This document shows positions 56,640 to 64,000 of a stretch of DNA of 64,000 nucleotides, piece after piece (position 1 is the stretch's first letter; each line of letters starts with the position of its first letter). The notes beneath the pieces are model-generated. The model made no database searches. It saw nothing but the letters and a program-made list of their open reading frames with translations, and was not told the DNA's origin. This stretch comes from Paramoeba atlantica (taxonomy: Eukaryota > Protista > Discosea), in assembly GCA_977017575.1 (NCBI GenBank), contig CDRNVI010000012.1:1116001-1180000 (forward strand), given 5' to 3'. The position numbers and the translations under genes are program-made.

Positions 56640-57515
56640 ATGATCCTTGAAAATGTTTTCCATCGAAAATTACTGTATCGCACAACCCTCCAGTACACCA
56701 ACGATTATCAAAGGCACAGATTGTGGGAAGGGCTTTATTCTCGAATCCGAAACTCAAGGCGAGCAAATATGCGTTATTTCCACAGTTTTGTCCTGTATCA
56801 TTTCGTGCAGACGGTTCATTTCGTTCTAAAAGAACATCAGTGTCATCCCAAGAGAACCACTTTCAACATATTATTATGCGATATAAAATCCATAAGACGA
56901 TTGAAAATGAAACATCGCAATATCAATCGTGCGACAGATGCCCTCTGTTTTGTACACCCTTTCTCTTTAAATCAACTAGAAACGGCGTTCCGCACCTTGG
57001 AATCTATGGATTCTGTGCTTGAACCTGCCCCGAATGTTCTGGTTGAGAATGATTTGGGAATCATAGCGCTTTGTCCCTGCTACATTATAGGACAGTGTCT
57101 TAGAAAAAGGGGTACCTCACTTGGATGGATAGAAAAGCCTAAAGTAGACCACAATGCCTATCTGAAATCACGTAATACAAACATTTGCATGTCTCATATG
57201 GATAAAACGTTTATTGGCCTCTTGTGGCGACGTACCACTGCGGTAGCCATCCATGTTGGCTTGCATGTGCTAGGTTATACTCACCCGGAATCGTTACCTC
57301 AACGGTATCAGCGTACTGTCTCTAACGGTCTATGTTTCCTTAAGAGAGCGCTTGGGTTTGATTCGACGCAAACGTTAAAGAGTACCTCAATGGCTCAAAA
57401 AGAGCGTCAGCTAGCCAGAAAATATATTTTCAACATTTATCGACGAAAGAGAAGGATTCTTATGGGTCCAGGTGAAAGGTTTGCACGTTTAAGCCCTTTT
57501 ACTCCTGTTGTCTAG
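56640..57515 (+). CDS. Hypothetical protein
   Basis: About 290-codon ORF on the coding strand; no motif recognised. Confidence 0.45.
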   Translation: MILENVFHRKLLYRTTLQYTNDYQRHRLWEGLYSRIRNSRRANMRYFHSFVLYHFVQTVHFVLKEHQCHPKRTTFNILLCDIKSIRRLKMKHRNINRATDALCFVHPFSLNQLETAFRTLESMDSVLEPAPNVLVENDLGIIALCPCYIIGQCLRKRGTSLGWIEKPKVDHNAYLKSRNTNICMSHMDKTFIGLLWRRTTAVAIHVGLHVLGYTHPESLPQRYQRTVSNGLCFLKRALGFDSTQTLKSTSMAQKERQLARKYIFNIYRRKRRILMGPGERFARLSPFTPVV

Positions 57516-57958
57516 CGTAGAACCATTTTTTTCCTGTGTAACTTGTTCAATTTTTGAGAAGCTTTTGAGCCATTCTCACCTAGATACACAAGGGTGGCGA
57601 TTTCTAGATCATACTCCTTGGTTAACACCTCTGTAATACACCTCTGTATAAAGAATTCATTTTTCATTCTTTCCAAAAGCTAGTATTTCTTGTTGACTCC
57701 TAAATACATGTATCTCCTGAATTTGGTTTTTTCTTCGCGATATGTTTTTGGTTTACGTCGCATGTTCTGATGAGTGTTCCGGGACTGAACGTATCCAAGC
57801 AAGTCGCATTTGAGGGGCAGGACTTCCGCAAGAGTACGAACCTGAGCAACTGGTACGCGACATTTCTACTCGTCTTCCATCATGGACATCTCACACTCCC
57901 GCCTGTAAATGGGAGTGCTTCTCCTGCAACACGGACTTGAAAGTAATATGGCTTATCG

Positions 57959-59344
57959 CTAGGAACATGAAGGGTAAGCTTGACCTCCCACATCTCCCTT
58001 TCTCTTTCGAACGCTTGCAATGTGCAAGAGGGTATCTTTTTGGATCACTTTAGCTGCATGAACTCCCGTCAAGCTTACAGGAGCTCGATCTTTCGCGTGG
58101 GAAGCTGTAAGGAGTCCTAGGTAGCATGTTTCGATAGCTACATACGTGCTTGCATCTGTTTCCCAAGCGACCGTCTCGACAAGAGCACCTAGTTCCATTG
58201 AGTCCTATGTAGAGGGTATAGCTTCTTTCCGTATTTCCAAGGACCTGGTATATTCACCAAATTCTGTTTTTCCTTGACGTCTCATGAGACGAATATGCTC
58301 TTGCATTGCCCTACCAAGTCGAGTTGTAGGGGCGTCTTCCTCACTTGAATCGCTCGATGCATCATCCGGTTCGCCGCTGGATGATTCTTCCTCCTCCAAC
58401 ACATCTTCCCCATCAGGAAAGGGCCCTGACGAGTGTTCCGCCATAACTTTCATTAGTTTCTGAAAGCGATGAACAGGAGGAGTCTTAAAAAACATTTGGC
58501 ATAAAATGCTGGCTCGTGATTGGCATCTTTCAATGGTTCGTCCCCAGGTGTGAAAAAAACTTGAACAATGTTGTTTTAGGGTGGCGTGTGCAGGCTCTGC
58601 ATTGTTCGTATGTACAGTGAATCCTGGAGAGTGTTCGCGCGAAAATGCGTCTGCATGACATGTCGTATGACGTCGACAGAATTCGTCTGCTCCACGATAC
58701 GCGCGCCATTCGTCTGTAATAACAAGGGCGTTTCTTCCTGCAATGACGCATCGTATGAAATCATGGCATATGTCCTTGGTACGACGAATTGTAGCCTCCC
58801 AATAAGTCTGTGTAGACTTTCCTGTTTCTGGATCTACTTCGGTTGCTGTTATAAACCAAAATTTACATTGACGCACCTTTCGCCCTCGGTTATGAAGGCG
58901 TCTTCCAATATAGGTTTCATCAACCATTAAGTAAGCCATGAGCGTCTGTGAAGCCCGAATAACTGAGAAGGTTCTTTCTAGCTGTTCAATATCGCGCAGA
59001 ACCTGGCGTTGAGACGGACGAACGCTGAGAGCAATTGAACTTGGAAGGTGGCCCTGAGCGAAGAGCAACCAGATTCGAAATTTGGAAACAATGCTAGTTC
59101 CACTGGGGAAGAAATGACCATATAATGCAATTTTTAATCAGCACTTGCTCCCATTTGCCAATCGTTTGTAGCAGATTCTGCCCAGAGGTCTGACTTCACA
59201 ACGTGGACAAACTGTTGAGCTGCCGAAATCATGGCCTTGAAGCCAAAGAATCACATTTTCCTCGGTAATATCAAGCACTGACTTCACCAAAAGAAGACAT
59301 GCAAATGTGACAACCAGAGCAATCCATAACAGGTGCAATTCCAA
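57959..59344 (-). mobile_element. Merlin/IS1595-like transposase pseudogene
   Basis: 59138-59344 Zn ribbon (CPRC..C..C); 58205-59068 VDETYIGRRLHNRGR, VITDEWRAY, VHTNNAE; in-frame continuation 57959-58198 after a TAG. Termini not identified. Confidence 0.85.
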
Positions 59345-59745
59345 TAAAAAAGAGAATATTTTATAAGGTAGAAGTCTATTTCGATAAAATATACTCTAAC
59401 CTGCGTATTTAGATCATGGACAACCACTTTAATACACTGAAGTATACATTTTCGAGACCGATAAAATGTCTAAAACGCCTAAAAATAGCGTTTTCTTGCT
59501 CATTTCGCACCGACAAAAAGAAGAGGAAAATATTTTCTTTTGCATTTTTTTGGGTACATTTTCATGTCGTTCATCCCGAAAAAATAAACAAGTGCTAAGA
59601 ACAATTTTAAGTTGGTGGGAGGACCAGTATAAAACCACTTTTAAGAAACTTTTGCTGTCTCTTCAAGGGCGCATGGATTTCTTTTTCTTCCTTCAAACTT
59701 CCCTTAACAGACCTCCTTACTTATTTTTTCTCCTTGTGGTGTGCT

Positions 59746-60435
59746 ATGAACTTTGCAGACCCTTCTTCGTCACGATTAGGAAAGGCGCGGAAAATAGCTC
59801 TTCCCCCAGAACACATCTTGTCTGAGTTTGTAGCGAACGTTACGAATCCCCACGAGTCGTGGACCAGCCATACTCCGGCATGTTCTTGGTTCGGACTCAC
59901 CTGTGATTCTAGCGGCCACGTCACCGAGATTAACTGGCGAAACCTAAATGTCGGCGGTCCCCTCCAGTGGGCCTTCCTTGTTTTCTCGTTGCAAAAGATT
60001 GAGCTGACAAAGTTTTCTGCTTTGAAAAATCGATTTTACGGACCGCTTTCTCTCTCCCAATTGCCTCCTACCCTGCGCTACCTCTCTGTCTATGGCAACG
60101 CATTTACAGGATCCATCGATTTAACAAACTTACCCAAGACCATGGAATATTTGTCCGTTGGCGATAATGCTCTCTCTGGGAGCATCGATCTCTCGTGTCT
60201 TCCATCAACGCTACGCTCTTTGGACTTGTCCTATAATATAGATCTCGGAGGGGACATTAACCATAAAGAGCTGCCCGCCTCCCTTACAGAGCTAGAAACG
60301 GAAGGTACAAACATCGATGCAGAAAAAAAAGGGATAACACCCTGGGATTCATTTGATAAAAAGGATTTGGAAAACAGAATGAAGATGCCGGGAATCGACG
60401 AAATGTTTGGGCAAAATGACTTTCAGCTTCCGTAG
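59746..60435 (+). CDS. LRR protein
   Basis: SRLGKA..NPHESW..PACSWFGLTC cap and 4 LRRs. Confidence 0.88.
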   Translation: MNFADPSSSRLGKARKIALPPEHILSEFVANVTNPHESWTSHTPACSWFGLTCDSSGHVTEINWRNLNVGGPLQWAFLVFSLQKIELTKFSALKNRFYGPLSLSQLPPTLRYLSVYGNAFTGSIDLTNLPKTMEYLSVGDNALSGSIDLSCLPSTLRSLDLSYNIDLGGDINHKELPASLTELETEGTNIDAEKKGITPWDSFDKKDLENRMKMPGIDEMFGQNDFQLP

Positions 60436-60692
60436 CCAATTTTGCAAAGGGAAGGTGTACTGCCGTTTGGACGGGTGCGAAATCAAATCAATATTCTGCA
60501 TGAACATAGATATAAATGAATAGTGCGGGTAGAGAGTTTTCATTCGATGCTTCTCAGCGGTTATTTATTATTTTTTGTATGGAATCAACTTCAGTGTGAA
60601 AAAGTTGTTGTCTATCACAATGTGTAGTCCCAGCGTGTGAAATGAAATGAACCTTCACGCTTTTTGTCGCATTTGAACAGACTTTACTTTTC

Positions 60693-61532
60693 ATGTCATT
60701 AAATTCCATTGTCTCCGTCCTTGTGATGCTGGCTCACACTGAAGTGTCTTCTTCATCGGCATGGAAAACTGCAAATCTTTGTTTATGCACAGACAAGAAT
60801 GTCCGTGCGGCAAAGACAAAAGGTGCTTTCTACTCCGACGAAATCTACATGCAACGCTTGATTCAAAAAATATCTTTTGCAAGTCTTGATCAGGTTTTTT
60901 ATTATGGCTACTCTGCTACTGTGGAAGATGCGCAGTCAAGGCCACCCATATGGAACACTCCATGTAAATGGAATGGGGTTCATTGTGACGACGAGTCTCG
61001 AGTCATAGAACTCACGTGGATATATTTTAAGATGCGCGGGGAGATCGATCTTGCGCATTTACCGCCACTTGTGCGTCTAGTTAGCTTAGAGTTTAATCAT
61101 CTCACTGGTTCTCACGACTTTTCTGGTCTTCCCGTTGCTCTTGATAAAATTAGAACAGAAGCAAACCGCTTTGCGTGTCCCGTAGATTTGACTTCCTTAC
61201 CTTCATCTTTGACCATACTATGTGTGTCTCGAAACAAACATTTCGGCGAGGTGGACTTAACGACACTTCCACAGCGGATGACTTCACTGGGTTTACAAAG
61301 AAACGAGTTTTCGGGATCAGCTTCGCTGGCTTTTTTACCTTCCACTTTAGCAGGAATATTTCTGAACAATAACAATTTTTCTGGTGAACTTGATCTGCGT
61401 ACATTGCCGGGATCATTACTTTTCTTATCCGCAGAAAATAATAAATTTACCCGTGTAAGCGGTTTGCAGAACCTGCCACAAAATCTGATTCTGGAGCTTA
61501 ACGGAAACCTTTTTCAGGGTGAATCCTGGTAA
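60693..61532 (+). CDS. LRR protein with possible signal peptide
   Basis: Hydrophobic N-terminus MSLNSIVSVLVMLA; PCKWNGVHC cap; about 6 LRRs. Confidence 0.88.
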   Translation: MSLNSIVSVLVMLAHTEVSSSSAWKTANLCLCTDKNVRAAKTKGAFYSDEIYMQRLIQKISFASLDQVFYYGYSATVEDAQSRPPIWNTPCKWNGVHCDDESRVIELTWIYFKMRGEIDLAHLPPLVRLVSLEFNHLTGSHDFSGLPVALDKIRTEANRFACPVDLTSLPSSLTILCVSRNKHFGEVDLTTLPQRMTSLGLQRNEFSGSASLAFLPSTLAGIFLNNNNFSGELDLRTLPGSLLFLSAENNKFTRVSGLQNLPQNLILELNGNLFQGESW

Positions 61533-62039
61533 CGTGCTCTCAGTCTCTGTCCGCTCCTTACCAACATGATTCTTTTGATCATTTGTTCGTCAGAACTTTG
61601 GAACTACAAAAAAAATGCACCTATCAACGGATACCATGCAAGTTGCTCATACATTGTATTTCATTCAGTTGCTCATACATGTATTTCAGTTGGCTCCGGA
61701 TGACACTGACTGAGGAGAAAATATTTGGTCGATTTTTGGATCATCGGATCCCATTTTTATACTTTTTCCTTTGCTTTTACTAGCTCGATTAGGACCGCAT
61801 GCATAGTTCCTGTCGCGTTTTGACTGACACGAACTGACTAATCATGTCGCGTTCTGGCTGACATTGAGTAGCACGAACTGACACTAACTGACACTGATTA
61901 ACACTGCCTGACTGTATAGTGTCCCATAGACAGGTGCATTCTTTCCGATAGTCGACTACTAGAGTCATCGCCGAGGACTCATTTTTTTTTCCTACGACTG
62001 GTCAAAACTAAGGTACACTTAATTACAGATGCAAATATA

Positions 62040-62364
62040 CTCCCCCTCTCATTAATAATTATAAACCACCAAAAATCATTAAAGGGATCATTTATAGAAA
62101 TTTAATGAGATTATAATTCTGAGTCTCACTTTTATAATTATAAACCTCAAATTCTTCATTTTTTATCTACAAAGACACCTGTACTACATACTTTGCACTA
62201 AAAATTGCTTCCAAGTTGAACGAAGTGTCTCGAAAATCAAGAAATTGAAGTCCATAGTAGGAAAAAATCATTATCGAATCTCATTAATAATTATAAACTA
62301 TAATTATAATTATAAACTAAAAAGGTTTATAGATTATAATTATAATTATTAATGAGAGGGGGAG
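62040..62364. mobile_element. MITE with 24-bp perfect TIRs, TA-flanked (CTCCCC family)
   Basis: TA|CTCCCCCTCTCATTAATAATTATA ... TATAATTATTAATGAGAGGGGGAG|TA. Confidence 0.88.
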
Positions 62365-62580
62365 TAGAACGTTCCTGATCTAAAATTAAAAAGAGGGCGT
62401 CACCTACACGTGAGGGGCTGCGGGGCGCGGGTTCGGTGATGCACACCTGCAGCCCCTCATAATTAACGTCACCCGTCATAGTGTTCTTCACTACACACCT
62501 TCGGCTTGATTTTCTTTTCTTTTTGAAGGCAACTCTTTCTTTACACCCCTCCACCCCTTTCTTCCCCCTCCCCTCCCCCC

Positions 62581-63843
62581 ATGCCCCCGTACAAACCCTC
62601 CGGCCGGTTCCGTTTCTGCATCTCCAACACGCGCAAATCCCACCACCTCATGCCCCGCCGCCCCCACACCCGCGGCAGTGGGGTCGCCAACAAGTCCCCC
62701 GAGGAGTACCCCTCCAGTCTCACCTACGGGTGTACCAAAATGGGACTCGCCTGGTATTACAAGCAACGGCGCCGGGGGCCGTACGCGAAGTTCCCGTGGG
62801 TGGAGTGGAGCCTGGACCCCGTGGGCCACACCCGCCCACCCCGTGACCGTGCGTTCTCGGATCAGCTCCCCAGGGATAATGTCCCGGGGTGGAACATGTA
62901 CCAAAGCGATGGGGAGGACTTTCGTATGGACCCGAGCCAGACCCCGCTGGTGGGGTTAGTCCCGGTGATACAAAAGTATGCGGGGGCGACGTGGGGCTCG
63001 GAAAAGCTACGGGGGTATTTGGTCACGCTCCAGGAGTGGTTTCCGACGGTGCGGGAGGTGGTGAGGTTTTTTGCATCGGATCCCAGGATGGCGATGGGGG
63101 CGACCACGGGTGGGTTGTTTGGTGGGGGTGGGAGTCCCCGGATGACGCTCCCCGGGGAGGGGTGTCCGAGTCGGACAGCGTTGACCATTAGTGCGTTAAG
63201 TACGGGAACGATTGAGCCGTACCATCATGTTCGAGTGAGGAGTTTGGTGGAAATATTGGAACAATCTTCGAAATTCGTTGGTGCTGCGACAAACGAGACA
63301 TCTCTGGATCCGGACAAAGAGAAGAATCTTTCCGCCACACAGAATAAGACTGTCTTTATCCCCGAAGGATTTTTGCTGCATTTCACACTTCTAGTAGAGG
63401 CCGTTGACGATCAGTTTTTTGCGAAGCGCTACCGCAGTGAGCTGCACAGCCAGCACGGTGTGTTGCGTACGCGGCAAGGGGAGCGGTACTACGCTTTGCC
63501 GCATCCCCGAACGGGACCGGCATGGCCGCAGGCAACGGCCCAAGCCGGTCATTATGAGCCTGCTTTCGGCGCGACACGAATGCTCCCGCAAGATCATTAT
63601 GGTGGGTACCCCTCCTATCACAGAAAGCTGTACAACCCTCCTCGGATAACCGCTCCTTTGGATAGTGAGGCGAGTGGAAAAAATGAGGCGGATGTAAAGT
63701 TTCCGCAGAGTGGGACAAAATCGAAAGGGAAGGACACTGGTGAAGAGGAAATCGACGTGTTGAAGGAAAAGATCTTTCCTGGATATTTTCATCCGTCCTA
63801 TGTGTTCGATCGTCCGACGCGTACGAATATGATGCCTCCGTAG
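62581..63843 (+). CDS. Hypothetical protein, 420 aa (basic, Trp/Tyr/Pro-rich; possibly a kinetoplastid mitoribosomal protein)
   Basis: Intact ORF of complex sequence; the ribosomal guess rests on composition only. Confidence 0.7.
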   Translation: MPPYKPSGRFRFCISNTRKSHHLMPRRPHTRGSGVANKSPEEYPSSLTYGCTKMGLAWYYKQRRRGPYAKFPWVEWSLDPVGHTRPPRDRAFSDQLPRDNVPGWNMYQSDGEDFRMDPSQTPLVGLVPVIQKYAGATWGSEKLRGYLVTLQEWFPTVREVVRFFASDPRMAMGATTGGLFGGGGSPRMTLPGEGCPSRTALTISALSTGTIEPYHHVRVRSLVEILEQSSKFVGAATNETSLDPDKEKNLSATQNKTVFIPEGFLLHFTLLVEAVDDQFFAKRYRSELHSQHGVLRTRQGERYYALPHPRTGPAWPQATAQAGHYEPAFGATRMLPQDHYGGYPSYHRKLYNPPRITAPLDSEASGKNEADVKFPQSGTKSKGKDTGEEEIDVLKEKIFPGYFHPSYVFDRPTRTNMMPP

Positions 63844-64000
63844 GATGGGGAATAGTATTGTAGTAAAACTTTTTCCCCGGTGTAATTTTTCTTCAGCTAT
63901 CAAACGCTGTAAATAGTTTGGATTAAAATGAACACGAAGTTGCGTTTGATTCATATTTTAATCTTTTCTGGAAGCATTTTTTTAAGCTACTTGCGTATGC

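Noticed and set aside
59411-59440. Right TIR of the 58-59 kb Merlin element (GGACAACCACTTTA)
   Set aside because: Only weak similarity to the 49.5-kb TIR and no matching partner end found.

Overview
Eukaryotic, intron-free genomic DNA. All recognisable cellular genes (about 28) lie head-to-tail on the + strand, as in a kinetoplastid polycistronic unit. The glycosomal-type GAPDH, a spliced-leader (SL) RNA sequence, Tc38/p38-like proteins and Merlin transposons support a kinetoplastid. A Perkinsela-like or other early-branching lineage is inferred but not proven. Housekeeping genes: GAPDH, polyprenyl-diphosphate synthase, Sds22, Got1, Esf2, a SPOUT methyltransferase, a U-box/CCCH protein, an RRM protein and several putative mitochondrial helical-repeat proteins. 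Two families are expanded: five paralogues each with four ArdC-N/Tc38-like ssDNA-binding repeats, and eight LRR proteins with a 23-aa repeat. Intergenic DNA is dense in class II transposon relics (Tc1, pogo, hAT, two Merlin-like), MITEs, a non-LTR RT relic and an unclassified hairpin-ended repeat family. The three most unusual signals are: (1) a 612-bp structured insert that begins with the SL exon at about nt 10-12 and cleanly splits an LRR gene; (2) the Tc38-like four-repeat gene array; (3) about a dozen GC-rich islands in which the + strand flips from C-rich to G-rich regardless of gene position. Family calls come from motif recognition only; no searches were run. CDS starts were moved to the first in-frame ATG where the ORF track used GTG/TTG.
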